A stretch of DNA of 63,336 bases, filler included, from Octopus bimaculoides (lineage: Eukaryota), in assembly GCF_001194135.2 (NCBI RefSeq). It is 7 parts of 6 records of this genome, joined end to end, with 100 filler letters (N's around TTAATTAATTAA, not from the genome) between each part and the next. Parts side by side here need not be neighbours in the genome. Positions count along the whole stretch, not along the records: positions 23,391 to 33,356 come from NC_068986.1; positions 33,457 to 60,344 come from NC_068995.1; 5 more parts are not named here. One strand, written 5' to 3'. This document shows, piece after piece, positions 24,129 through 37,199 of this stretch. The notes beneath the pieces are model-generated. The model searched no databases, was not told the origin of the DNA, and saw only the letters and a list, made by a program, of their open reading frames with translations. Numbering within the stretch: the stretch's first letter is position 1; each line of letters opens with the position of its first letter. Position numbers and translations under genes: made by a program.

Positions 24129-25046
24129 TTACTCTATTAAGAAATATACAGGCTACAATACTTACAACAATTTTATTTCGTAAATAGAGTTACACAGGTT
24201 TTATATATGTCATTTTAATTTTGTCTAAACGAGTCGTTTATTCACGAAGAATACACAGGAAATCGCTGTTGATTTGACTAATGTCTATGTGAATGCAAAT
24301 AGTGAATTTTATTATACCTCAAGCCGATAATTTCAATATTTATAAATGTATAACCTCGCAGGTCATCATAATGTCTCGAAAATTATATGTAACCTTAGTA
24401 AAAAGCAGACTCTTGCTGTGATGGTCTCTCTGTATATATGCTGTATAGTATTAGAGAATTATTGTCTCTGTATGTACAGTGTAAAGTTGTAGTCGAAACG
24501 AGATGTAAATATAAAACACAAACTGGGACGAACAAAAAGGAAAGATTCTTTCTTTTTATTTATATATATCGCTGGACACTAATTTCTGTTTTACTGTAGT
24601 GAGGTAAAAAGAGAGATATCGAACCTATATACATGCGCGCACACACATACACACACATTTATTTTTGTAAATAGATATATATAAAATATGTTTGTATAGC
24701 TAGATGTTTCTGTATATATATATATACATATACTTATATATTCATGTCTTATACTTATTTATGTATGTATGTATATATATATATATGTGTGTATGTGTGT
24801 GTGTATGTTTGTGTATGTAAACATTATTATTAAGATTAAAATAAAAATTGTTCCCTCAAAAAAATGTCATCTCTACTCATTCTTTCAAAAAATATATATA
24901 ATACTATACCAAGAACCTTCTCTTTACTATTCTACTATATGTGTGTGTGCGTGTGTATGTGTGTGTGTGTGTGTGTGTATACGCATATATATGTGTGTGT
25001 GTATATACGTATGAGTGTGTGTGTACATGTATATATAATATTTTGT

Positions 25047-25298
25047 GGGGGCGCGTAACTTAGTGGTAAGGGTGATGGACTGATGATCGTAAGATTGCTT
25101 TTTCGATTTGTGGACCGGACGTCGAATTGTGTTCATTTAACGTTGCTCCAATCCACTCAATTGGTAAAAGTGAGTTAATCCTACAACGGACCAACGTCCC
25201 GTCCAAATGGAGAATATATGCACCATGGAAACCAGGAAACCGGTCCTTATGAGGATATATTACTCAGGAAAGAACGTATTGTTTACGTTTACGTTTAC
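25047..25298 (+). mobile_element. tRNA-derived SINE, family 3, with (GTTTAC)n tail
   Basis: tRNA-like head GGCGCGTAACTTAGTGGTAAGG, body GTTGCTCCAATCCACTCA, homologous to 26770-26974. Confidence 0.75.
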
Positions 25299-26024
25299 TT
25301 TATATATAATATTTTAGGACAAACAAAATAAGAAACATGTCAGAGATTATCGTTGCTTCCATGTTTGCTGAGGGAGAGTTTAACCAAATGAACCTATCTA
25401 AGTTTGACGGTTCGACATTAAACCCTTTCTTAGGAAGTTTAGACGCTTTATTAAAAAAAAAAAATCAGAAGCGGAGAGAAAAGAAAATGGAATTCGTTCT
25501 AACACAAACATACACACACAACGCACTCACACACATATATACACACACACACTAATACAAGACTATATTTGCTTGCTTGTGTGTCTCTGCGAGTGTGTGC
25601 ATGCATGCATGCATGCGTGCATTTAGTTTTCTGCGAAATACGGTCCATTCACGTTGAGACTAAACTACGCAGTATAGCCACATGTTTTAAATTTGATACA
25701 TTTTTGTTTGCTTTTGTAAATGGAAGGAATGGAAAATTTTTAAATTATGAAAAATCATAGAAAAATACACATAATTTCAACCAATCAAAAATTGACTAAT
25801 CATGAAGTCTTTTGTTTTGTGAATACACAGACTGTACCAAATTACAAGGTAAATTCGTTACAATTCTCTNNNNNNNNNNNNNNNNNNNNNNNNNNNNNNN
25901 NNNNNNNNNNNNNNNNNNNNNNNNNNNNNNNNNNNNNNNNNNNNNNNNNNNNNNNNNNNNNNNNNNNNNNNNNNNNNNNNNNNNNNNNNNNNNNNNNNNN
26001 NNNNNNNNNNNNNNNNNNNNNNNN

Positions 26025-26072
<48 letters not shown>

Positions 26073-26769
26073 GAAGAAGAATACTTTGGCTTCTATTCAA
26101 ATAATTACAGATGTCAAGAAATGTAGCAAAATTTAGATGTAATTTAGGTATTTTTTCGCTTTATTTTTGTTTCTATTTGTTTTTGTTTTTTTTTAACATT
26201 TCTCTATGATTTATTTCTCGAAATTTTTCGAAATTTTATAGATTAAATAATTCATTTAGACATTATGTTTGTTTTTTTTATATTTATGTATACTTTATGT
26301 TATTTTCGTATTTAATAAAAATTTTAAAAAGCAGCAAATGCCAACAACCAACAAAGGAAACTACGCAGTCCCTCGAGCAGTAAGATATTGTAGATAAAAC
26401 TCCCTGAGATAACAATCTCCAGTCTAGGAAAGAGAAATGAAACACTATACCTTGTAATACTAGATGCAAAAAATAACGTGATGGTAATCACTCAAATAAC
26501 TTTTATAGACTCGAATAACGATCATAGGATTTCACAGGCAGTGGAGCTTGGACTAAAACGAAAGCTACAATAACCACGAAAGAAACGTGTTCGATTTTTA
26601 CTTGAGGTTTATAGTATAGAAACATTGTAATAGGACTGAAGGAAGATTTATCTTCTCAGTTTTAAATTTCACATGCTTACACTATGAAATCACATTGTTA
26701 GTTATTTGTCTTGAATAGATATAAGAACTGTCTCGAGTCGGAGGAATCAATGATCCGGGTACTCTGATT

Positions 26770-26974
26770 CTATGACGTATGCGTGAGATCAAAAAACTTT
26801 TTCCCTAAATGGGACGCCATTCCGTCGAAGGATTATTCTATTCATGGGTGGACTGGAGCAACACAAAATGAAGAGTTCCGCTCAGGAGCACAAAGTATAG
26901 CCCAGTCTGTGAATCGAAACAACGATCTTACAATCGTGAGTGCAACGCCGCCAACCACTAGGCTATGCACTTTC
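26770..26974 (-). mobile_element. tRNA-derived SINE, family 3
   Basis: Reverse complement reads GCATAGCCTAGTGGTT...GTTTCGATTC...GTTGCTCCAGTCCACCCA...GGCGTCCCAT. Confidence 0.75.
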
Positions 26975-27003
26975 ACAAGTAAGTATATACTAAAAACGGT
27001 AAA

Positions 27004-27314
27004 GACCTCCTTCGGTCATGAATGACCATGATATTGCACCAAGTAAGTTACCATCCGAGGCACAAGTCCGAGCAAGGTTATTTATGAAAAATCAGCAGTC
27101 GCCCATTCATACCAGTCTCACCTCTCCAGGCCACCAAAATTATCCAGGGGAACGGCTGATACAGCTTGACACTAGTGACGTCGCAACTCATTTCTACAGC
27201 TGAGTGAACTTGAGCAACGTGAAATAAAGTATCTAACTCACTGCGTTCTGCGAATCGAACTCGCAACCTCATTATCGTGAACCCGACGCTCTAACCTCTG
27301 AGCCATGGAACTTC
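27004..27314 (-). mobile_element. tRNA-derived SINE, family 4
   Basis: Reverse complement reads TGGCTCAGAGGTTAGAGCG (A box), GAGTTCGATTC (B box), TTTCACGTTGCTCAAGTTCACTCAGCTG, with a distinct 3' half. Confidence 0.75.
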
Positions 27315-28609
27315 ATGGAGCAAAGTTGGTGTATGATGTAGTTATATTTGTAAGTTAGCATCAGCGAAAACTAATCGACCATGAACGTTCTAGCTTTGAT
27401 CTTCCATTTCGTTTTATTCCAACAAATCCAAAATCCACAGTGAAATATATTTAGATTTTAGAGTACGATTTGAGGGAAATTTTGGTATTTCTGTCTGATT
27501 GATCGGCCTCGTAGGGTTTCTGGCATCGTATTGTATGATAGGGGAATACGAAAGGAGTATCAGTGGCGAATTTTGATTTTTTAAAATATTTTAATCAGGA
27601 GAGAAACTAGTATCCATGACACTACACAGAGACTCCGAGACAGTGAAAAGAAGATAATTTATGCTGCAATCGAAAACACAGAGCGGGAGATCCAATCACT
27701 TAAAGAAAGCAAAGGCAGCAGATGATGCTGTTAAAAGGGATTTCGAGCATCCACTATATATATNNNNNNNNNNNNNTATATATATATATATATATATATA
27801 TTCAAAGATAAATTAGAAGCAGTCCGATGTATATAATCAAAAGCGAACACGCATACACAGGGTACGTGTTGTTACTTCGTGGGTCGACTGCGATTTCTAA
27901 GCGTAAGAGATTATATGGTCTATGCGCCTGGTATAAAAAAAAAACCATCTGGAAGCAAGTCACAATTAAACTAGACATCTCACATCAGGTCTTTTCTCGG
28001 AGCAGCAGGCATCGATGTTTCGTCATTCTTTTGACTTATAAATTCCGTATACGGAACAAGGCTAACTGCAGGTCATATCGCCGATTGTAACAATATGCTA
28101 AGTGTTTTAGACACCACATGGTGGCATGTCCTAACGTTTCTGCTACGGGAAAAAATTCAAATATGAATTGGATGCAGCAAGAAGTATATACACACAATCG
28201 AACACACACACGTACACAGTCACAGTCGACGATATGGCTTGCAACGGGCCTTGCTCGGTATGAGGCATTGATATATCAGAACAATGAGGAAACATCGGTG
28301 TCTGTCGGTCCGAGAAAGGACCTGATGTGAGTTGTCTCGCTTGACTATGACTTACTTTCTGGTATCTGTTTATTACACCAGACGCATAGAGAATATACTC
28401 TTACGCCTAAAAAACGCAGCCAATCCACGAACTAACAACACACATACCCTATCTACCTGTGTTCAATTTTGCTTATGTATATATATATATATATATATAT
28501 TATACTATATTATATCGTCAATAGTTCATATATCCGAAGAGGAAGAACACTCTAAAGCATTAGAACAGTAATAAGTTTTTTAAGAGGTTAGAAGTAGTGG
28601 CCGATCATA

Positions 28610-28669
28610 GAATGACCATTGTTTTCGCATCTATAAACCGCTTAACAATATAGGTGACTCATCAGACTC
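28610..28669 (-). ncRNA. Degenerate type-I hammerhead-like motif with extended helix II
   Basis: GAGT-CTGATGA-[32 nt including CTATA/TATAG]-GAAA-ACAATG-GTC-ATTC. P1 is 4 bp with one G-U; there is one extra A after GAAA. Confidence 0.4.
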
Positions 28670-29351
28670 AAATAGCTGAAGTAGCGTAAGCTCTCTACAA
28701 CTGGAGGAAGAAACAATAAACAAAAAAATAATAGTACCTGCAGGGCGGGATGAGGTTAATCCCCTTACATTGCCTCTGGACATGGTGACATTCAATGGTG
28801 CTGTGGCTGGACTATTCAACAAATAGGGAAATTCGTAGTCTTAGGTAAGAAATATTTTAGATGAAGGCATTAATTGAATACTACTTTTCTTGAGTTTAAA
28901 AAGGTCCGTGAACCGAGTGAGGTTTTAGGGATTCGTACCCTCTCAGCCAAGCAAAGCTAACATTATGTGCTCCCGATTATATAAGCCTTTGGTTATTTAA
29001 GGAGATTCCATTTTGATTATGTATGGGGTTTCCTTTCTTTTAAGCGTCGTACGTGGTTGGCCAGAGAAGTGATGTTACGTCTATACGCTATATTAAAAGA
29101 GGGTTTGTGTTTGTTCGGACATTGCGCAACTAAACGAACATGCTTTCGAGTTTGCGTATTGGATATGCTACGACCGCCGAGGTTTCTTTCGTTAGCTCCG
29201 TTTCTGATGTCGTCGTAGTTGTTACTGGATTCGTTGGCGGTGTTGAGATTCTTGGATGTGATCCTGGTGGATCCGTTGTTGCTGGCATGGCAGCTATTAC
29301 CGGCTGCAAAGTTGGTATTGCTGCTGCAATTGTAACTATTGATATTCTTGT

Positions 29352-30022
29352 CCCTACAAGGCCTGAAATTTTTGGGAGGGGATTAGTCGATTACATCGAC
29401 CCCAATTTTCAATAGTACTTGATTTATCGACCCAGAAAGGATGAAAGGCAAAGTCGACCTAGGTAGAATATGAACGCAGAACGGAGCAACGGGCGAAATA
29501 CTGCTAAGTATTTCACCCAACGTGCTAACGATTCTGCGAGCTCGCTGCTTTAATAACAATCCTTTCTACTATAGGCACGAGGCCTGAAATTCTAAGGAGG
29601 GGATTAGTCGATTACATCGACCCCAGTACTCAACTAGTACTTATTTTGTCGACCTCAAATAGGTGAAAGCAAAGTCGACTTCGGCTAAACTTGAACCCAG
29701 AACGTAGCGGATGGCGAAATACCGCTAAGCATTTCGCCCAAGGTACTAACGATTCAGCCAGCTCGCCACCTTCATAGTAATAATAAGGATAACTAACATA
29801 AATAATCCTTTCTACTGGAAGCACAAGGTCTGAAATTTGGAGGAAGGGAGTAAGTCGATTACATCGACCCCAGTACGCAACTGGTATTTATTTAGTCGAT
29901 CCTGAAAGGATGAAAGGCACAGTCGAACTCGGCGCAAAATTGAACTCAAAACGTAAGCGGCAGACGAAATACCGCTAAGCATTTCGCCTAGCGGGCTAAC
30001 GTTTCTGCCATCTCGCTTGCCT
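29352..30022 (-). mobile_element. Three head-to-tail SINE family 1 copies
   Basis: Copies at about 29352-29550, 29553-29772 and 29800-30022, each with gtcgattacatcgacccc; the latter two start with the aatcctttctact tail. Confidence 0.9.
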
Positions 30023-30525
30023 TATAATCAACATAAATAATGAGAGAAGAGAATTAATATTTATAACGATGACGGTGATGAGCATCATGATGCTGGTGAG
30101 CATTTGATGATGACAACGATGATGACTATCTGGATTTCAGATATTTACAAAAGCTCAAACAGTTTTGAAGATGTTTGCAGACGATTATATCGACTCCGTT
30201 GGGATTTAGACTAAGAAACGAAGAAGAAACGAATCTAAAATAACATCGCGATGCATTTTGTCTGACACTCCGCCGAATCTTCCTAAATCCTGTGAGAACA
30301 GATGAATAGATGAACAGAAGAGATATCAGCAGCTTATTATCTCCGATATCTTAATATATTATAATACTCAAACAAGCTTTAATACAAACACCATGGTCAG
30401 ATATATGTACATCCACACACGCATACACACATACTTGCACATACAAACACACACACGTGCATATATATATACATATACATATACATATATATACATACAC
30501 ATATATATATATATATATATACATA

Positions 30526-30600
<75 letters not shown>

Positions 30601-31455
30601 AGTGTATGTGTGTGTATATGTGTGTGTACTGTAGTAAGATTATTCTAACGAATCAATTCATCAAGCGGACATGTAGAGCTTAGCAAGAAACTCCAGTGAT
30701 TATTGGAAAATCAATTGGACCACCATTGTTGAACGGTGGGAAGCGTATTGTGAAGAAAATTAAGATTTTCCTGATTTGCGTGTGTTCAGAAGAATTCGTG
30801 AGAGACTGAGGACACATTGATACATATACAACTCTATACGTGCATATACACGTATGTTTACAGCTGTATGTAACTCTGTGTGTGTGCGCGTGCGCGTGTG
30901 TGTTTGTTTGTGTGCATGCGCGCGTGCATAAAGTTATCTGGCTATCATTGTGATTCCTTACATATAAATCAGTGTTATAGACATTTATGTATATTAATAT
31001 ATATGCGGATGACAATGTGTTTTTACACACGCACGCACACACACACACACACACACATACACAGACACACATATATACTCGCGTGCACACACGCACATAA
31101 ATGCACACACATACGCATGCACACGTACACAGGAATACACACATATATACATATTTATATATCTATATAAATGCATACGTACATATAGGTAAACATATAA
31201 GTATATATATACACACACACACACACACGTATATACCTATATATATTTATATATATATATATATATATAAATGCGCACACACACACACATATATTTGTAG
31301 GTAAATATATATACATATATAAAGAATTACATGTACTCAGATAAATTCGGCAATGACTGGTTGCAAACGTTGTAGAACGATAACTGGTTTTTATATCAAT
31401 GTATAATGTCTATTGTGTGATTCTCATTGTTTGCATGCATTTGCGTCGCTTTAAA

Positions 31456-31555
31456 TATTCTTTTATTTGTTTCAGTCATTTGACTGCGGCCATGTTGGAG
31501 CACCACCTTCAGTCGAGCAAATCAACCCCAGGACTTATTCTTTGCAAGCCTAGTA
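31456..31555 (-). mobile_element. 3' half of SINE family 2
   Basis: Reverse complement reads AAGAATAAGTCCTGGGGTTGATTTGCTCGACT...ATGGCCGCAGTCAAATGACTGAAACAAATAAAAGAATA, homologous to 58280-58392. Confidence 0.75.
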
Positions 31556-31691
31556 TGAATGTGTTTGTATATCTATATGTTCCTGAATTTTTACATCATA
31601 TGTGTGTGCGTGCGTGTGTGTGTGTTTTTATGTGTATCTATATACATTAGTACAAACATTGAAACATAAATACATACAGATATATATGTAT

Positions 31692-31732
<41 letters not shown>

Positions 31733-33284
31733 AACAAAACGTTATATTTTGTTACAATGTACATACATGTGTATTCAAAAAACATGTTAAATTGCAAGTT
31801 ACTGTCTTTGAGGAACAAAGCAAATATTCGATACATTTTCTTCAACGACACATTTTCTTCTCATAGAATGAAACGATCAAATGCTCACATTCCCGACTTT
31901 TTTCTTTACACCTGTTTCGATTCTCAATAATTTGAATGCATTATTAATTCCATTGTCCGTATTATGGCCAATGACATCAAATAACAGGAATAAGGGAACT
32001 GAAACAAATGAAAAAGCTTTCTGCATAATGTATACTTCAAACATACACTACTTATATTTGCCCTGTTATTGTCCTAAATGTTTTACATTCTATAATTTTA
32101 CAATCCCAACCACCAAATCATTAGTCGCTTTTGTTTTACGTTTCATTCTTTGAATTGTTTAGAGTTTCCAAGTCTGCACTGAAGTGAAACTTCATCTTAT
32201 CAAAGATGGGTATGGAAAATAGGAAATACTTTATAATTGTGTTTTGTTTTCTATAATAAGTTTATTTGAAAATTCATTTTCATTTGCTGTGTGAGTTAAG
32301 TTTCATTTGAAACACACGCAAATGATATTCAGTACAAAATATAAAGTCATTTAAACGAGAAACGATAAGCAATTGAAATAAGCTTATGCGTCTTAGTTTA
32401 AGAAGTAAAATTTTCTACCATATATTTCCGATTGCAGCAAGAGGTATATTAAGTTTGTTCGCTAGTTCTTTTATTTGTTAAAACTACATTTAATATCGAA
32501 GGTATTTCAAAGTGAATGAATCATCGAATTCCATATCATTCGACCATCATATAATTACTATCATGCAGAGTATAATACACTACCGGGAAGATTCTATATG
32601 GCAAAATACCATGTGTTATACATACTGTAATAACTATATATTTCAATGTGTGGAGATCTGTAAGATATAAATATTATAAGAAGTGCCTTGTTTGTAAGGC
32701 ATGAAATATATAAGATATAACCACAGGTAATAAATATAGTAACTATAAATTATGCATGTTGTAAGTCAAGTGTTGCATGCATAAATTAGGGCATAAATAT
32801 AAGAACCCGTTAATGGGGTAGGCGTAAATATTATAATCCATCAAACCAGTAAATCGTGTATGAAATATTGTTAAGTATTTGCTCACTTCTATTAATCAAC
32901 AGTATTTTATTCAACATATATTTCTGAATATATTTCTCGCAACTCTATAAGTAACAATGCATTAGAAATAAAATAAGGGAAATAGGAATAAATATGGTGA
33001 TAACGATTAAAGTAGGAGGATATAAATAAATGTTGAGATATGAACAATGATATGAAGATGATTATGAAAAGTACATGAATAAAACGTATTGTGATTGACT
33101 TGTCCAGTACAATTGAGCTTTTAACATTTATATAACTATACATATTGGTATAAGTTAATGAAACAGCCGTAGGAAATAATTCTCCGGGTCTGTTGGTTAG
33201 ATTTGTAGTTCCTAAATGCTTAAGATTTATTTAAACAGCCACAGATGGCGATTGTGAATGTGTGTATATATATGTATGTATATG

Positions 33285-33356
<72 letters not shown>

Positions 33357-33597
33357 NNNNNNNNNNNNNNNNNNNNNNNNNNNNNNNNNNNNNNNNNNNN
33401 TTAATTAATTAANNNNNNNNNNNNNNNNNNNNNNNNNNNNNNNNNNNNNNNNNNNNTATATATATACAAAGTTGGAAATGGATATGTGGCGTTCGATCAT
33501 ATTAATAATATAAATGACATATATATATATATATATATGCATATATACATACATATATGTACATGCTTACACTTATATGTATATATACATGCCTATA

Positions 33598-33790
33598 GGG
33601 TTACAGGACGTCAACAAAAAAAAACGAGAACAAAATGAAAAACGAGGACATTAAAAATAACGAACATTTTTTCGGACAACGAAAGAAACAGATAGAGAAA
33701 AGAGACAGGCAACATAAAGGACAATCCCTTCGTCAGTTGTCGCGTTTTATCTACTCCGCGTTTCGTAGGTTTGGACAAGACGCGACTGCT
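33598..33790 (-). repeat. Interspersed repeat (TCCTGTACCC family), copy 3
   Basis: Reverse complement reads GAAACGCGGAGTAG...CAACTGACGAAGGG..., ending in GACGTCCTGTAACCC. Confidence 0.55.
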
Positions 33791-33959
33791 TTGCGGGAAG
33801 GACTGCTTTATATTATGTGTGTGTGTGTATGTGTCTGTGATATGTATACGCATAAGCACATATATTCGTATCTGTATACACACACGAACACACGCACATA
33901 AATGTATACAATGTGCGATGTGTAAATTATCGCCATATTATATTTTTAATTTCACGAAT

Positions 33960-34683
33960 GCGCATTGTTTGTCAATGATTTTGTCGATTGCACAGTATAA
34001 TAAGTTTAGTTGGGCACCGTCTGTGAGAAAAAACAGCAACATAACGCAATTCACTCTGCCAGAAATTTGTAAAAAAATAAAATGGTGTACCGCTTGGCTT
34101 TCGTGCCGGAAGCTCCAATACGAGCATGAGCCGAGAGTGATAAAAATCAAACATTTGGTAAACATTATGGCGTTTGGACTGATCATTAGTGCAGGTGACG
34201 TTATGCCTCCATCTATCTTCCTACATGGCCTAAACTCAACACGGTGGCGTGCATCAAGTGCCTGGAGGAGGTAGTGCTGCCCGGAGTCAACAGGATGGCT
34301 GCTGGAAGATCCTATGTCTGGCAACAGGACTCTGCACCATGTCGGACAAGTAGGATAACCCAGTCATGGCTGTAATCACATCACCCCTAACATCTGGCCA
34401 CCTAACTCCTCAGACTGTAACCCCTTCATTATTTTGTGTGGGGCGCAGTTGAATGAGAGACTAACAAAACTTCTTGTAACACCAAATATGAATTGAAGAC
34501 AAGAGATTCCAAAGTCGTCTGGAAACCGTGGTTGAAGTCAATAGCAATTTTATTGAATAAATTTACTCTTTAGAACTTCAAAAGATTTTCATGTAACTTT
34601 GGTAAATATATCGGTTAAAATGAGATGTCAGTGTTATTTTCATTTTTGTATAATTTAGACGACAGTTTATTCACTGCACCCTG
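33960..34683 (+). mobile_element. Internally deleted maT (DD37D-type) Tc1/mariner transposon
   Basis: IMAFGLIISAGDVMPP.IF, CLEEVVLP, AAGRSYVWQQDSAP and IWPPNSSDCNP motifs; ends GCACCCTG followed by TA. The left boundary is approximate. Confidence 0.85.
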
Positions 34684-35060
34684 TATAATAAGTATGTACG
34701 TACCTATATATTTATATACGCAAGCGTGTGTGTAAATTATGAACGCACATCTAGAGTTGATGTAAATTATTTCAATTCTTGTAAATAATCAGTTTACTAA
34801 TTTACTGTAAAATGTATCAATAACAGCTTCTTGCGGTCTCTGTGATTATTTACGCCATGTGACGTAGCTGTTAGGTAACCAAGTAAAGAAAGTCTAGCCT
34901 TTTTCAAAAGAGGAGAATCGCACTAGATACTTCAGTTCTCCATAAGGATAAATAGGCGGGAATATCACAGCTGCAGTGCATTTAATTAAATATAAGATCG
35001 TTTATGTTTGACCAGGGGCGGAACCATAATATCGAATACAAAACTAAATTTTAGGTGATA

Positions 35061-35105
<45 letters not shown>

Positions 35106-35176
35106 TATCAGATTTTTCCTTACACACACACACACACATATATATAAGTGTGTGTAGGGATCTATGTGATAACAAT

Positions 35177-35249
<73 letters not shown>

Positions 35250-35960
35250 TAGTAGTAGTCACAACAAAAATACTAACCACAATTGTAAGTTGTATGGTTT
35301 TACTACAACGTCAACCAGATATCCTTTCAGGTGCATACGAATGGGATATATAACAAAACTGTCTAATTATACTTGGAGTTTGCAAACACAGGCAGATATT
35401 TACATAATTTGCACAAACGTCCAAAGGTGTAAACCAGAAAAGAAATCGAAGAATTGGAGCTTTTGCATGTTTGTGAATAGTATAATACTAAATAGAGGTG
35501 ACTAAATCATCAAACTACATAATAACAGGCGGAAAATCAACATTCAAGCACATTAACTAGAAATAAATTCCAAATTAATGAATGATCCTATGGTGATAAA
35601 TGCTGATTTATTAGAATCTAGCAATAATAGATACACCAGTTCTGTTTTTCACTTTTCAGTTAAACGAAATGCACACATAGTAGTTTTGGTTGCACTCAAA
35701 GCTATCACTACAGTCTAGTATTGTGCGTTATTAACTCGTTTACAAAAGGCATCGGATATGTATTTGTGTATATATATATATATATATATATACATATATA
35801 TGCATATATATNNNNNNNNNNNNNNNNNNNNNNNNNNNNNNNNNNNNNNNNNNNNNNNNNNNNNNNNNNNNNNNNNNNNNNNNNNNNNNNNNNNNNNNNN
35901 NNNNNNNNNNNNNNNNNNNNNNNNNNNNNNNNNNNNNNNNNNNNNNNNNNNNNNNNNNNN

Positions 35961-35991
<31 letters not shown>

Positions 35992-36182
35992 GTATTTTTT
36001 AAATGTGTACAAATAGCACAGAAAAATAAATAGTTACCAGAGTAGCAAACATTCACATAAGTGCCAAGGATGTTACAACCTACATATAAAGGTAGTAATT
36101 CCAGGACAAAGTGAAATGATTTTGTATAACATAGATGAATTAAGAAATGGAGTTAAACGCAGTTGTTATTCATATCTTCGTA

Positions 36183-36270
36183 CTTCCGACATATGTTTCG
36201 AATAAAACATTGATGTTATTCCGGAGGGGATAAAATGATGTAAAACAATACAATCATCTCGTTAGGGAAG
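36183..36270 (-). ncRNA. Type-I hammerhead-like motif, long helix II, G5A lesion
   Basis: CTTCC-CTAACGA-[59 nt]-GAAA-CATATGT-C-GGAAG. Confidence 0.55.
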
Positions 36271-36346
36271 AAAAGAGAAGCAAAACACATATACGCGGTA
36301 ATCACATTCGGTTAACATGGCTTATTGATGTGTTTTGTTTCTTTTC

Positions 36347-36428
36347 TTTTCCCTGACGAGATGATGTTTTACATCATTTTATTCCCTCCGGAATAACATC
36401 AATATTTTCTTCGAAACATATGTCGAAG
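36347..36428 (+). ncRNA. Type-I hammerhead-like motif, long helix II, intact core
   Basis: TTCC-CTGACGA-[53 nt; basal GATGA/TCTTC]-GAAA-CATATGT-C-GAAG. P1 appears to have lost one G. Confidence 0.6.
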
Positions 36429-36972
36429 TATAAAGATTTGAATAACACTTGCATTTAACTCCACTTCTTAATTCATCCTATTGTTGGCTGTTGCGTCCTT
36501 GTTCCACTTTTGAGATTTATATATATACATATAGCGGCGTACGTACACTTTTGTGCACATTGAAAGTATGTATCTAAATTCTGTACGACTCTTACTTTTT
36601 TTTAGTCCCCCTCATACTTTCTTCTTTCAATCCTCTTTTCCTATTCCCGCTCCCCCGCTCTCACATTTTTTGACCTTCTCTTTCTTTAGTCTCCCTACTT
36701 TTACTCCTCGTTTATCTCACTTGTACCTTTCGCTATATCCCTTTGATCTCATCTCTTTCTCATCCAACCCCTAATTCTTCAACACCTGTCCCCTACCATT
36801 CTCCTTTCCTTCAACGCGATAGGTGTTCGTCCAAGCATGATCTTTGTTGGCTTGACCGCCAGCCGCGAGGCATATCTTATATTCCTGTTTCATTACTTTC
36901 GTCTCTTATGCTCATCTCCTATGGTTGTACATACGTACGTACATACTGTCATAATTAGTGAGAGAGAGATAA

Positions 36973-37007
<35 letters not shown>

Positions 37008-37056
37008 NNNNNNNNNNNNNNNNNNNNNNNNNNNNNNNNNNNNNNNNNNNNNNNNN

Positions 37057-37110
<54 letters not shown>

Positions 37111-37199
37111 ATAGCCTCACCAAAATTAGGAAAAATTTCCAAAACCATTTATACTAGAAATATTATAATTGGTGCCAGAACGAATAACCGATTTTAACT

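Larger units (their letters stand above)
36131..36481. repeat. Long inverted repeat (arms about 36131-36290 and 36328-36481, 37-nt spacer)
   Basis: Arms are reverse-complementary along their length, e.g. gatgaattaagaa/ttcttaattcatc, acatatgtttcgaa/ttcgaaacatatgt, ttattccggaggg/ccctccggaataa. Confidence 0.95.

Noticed and set aside
25047-27314. tRNA-like heads as genuine tRNA genes
   Set aside because: They lack complete cloverleaves and continue into shared SINE bodies.
28000-28050. Minus-strand GTCA(AAAGAA)TGAC-GAAAC-ATCGAT-GCC
   Set aside because: P2 and a palindromic P3 are present, but the core differs at three positions, the triplet is GCC and P1 does not pair.
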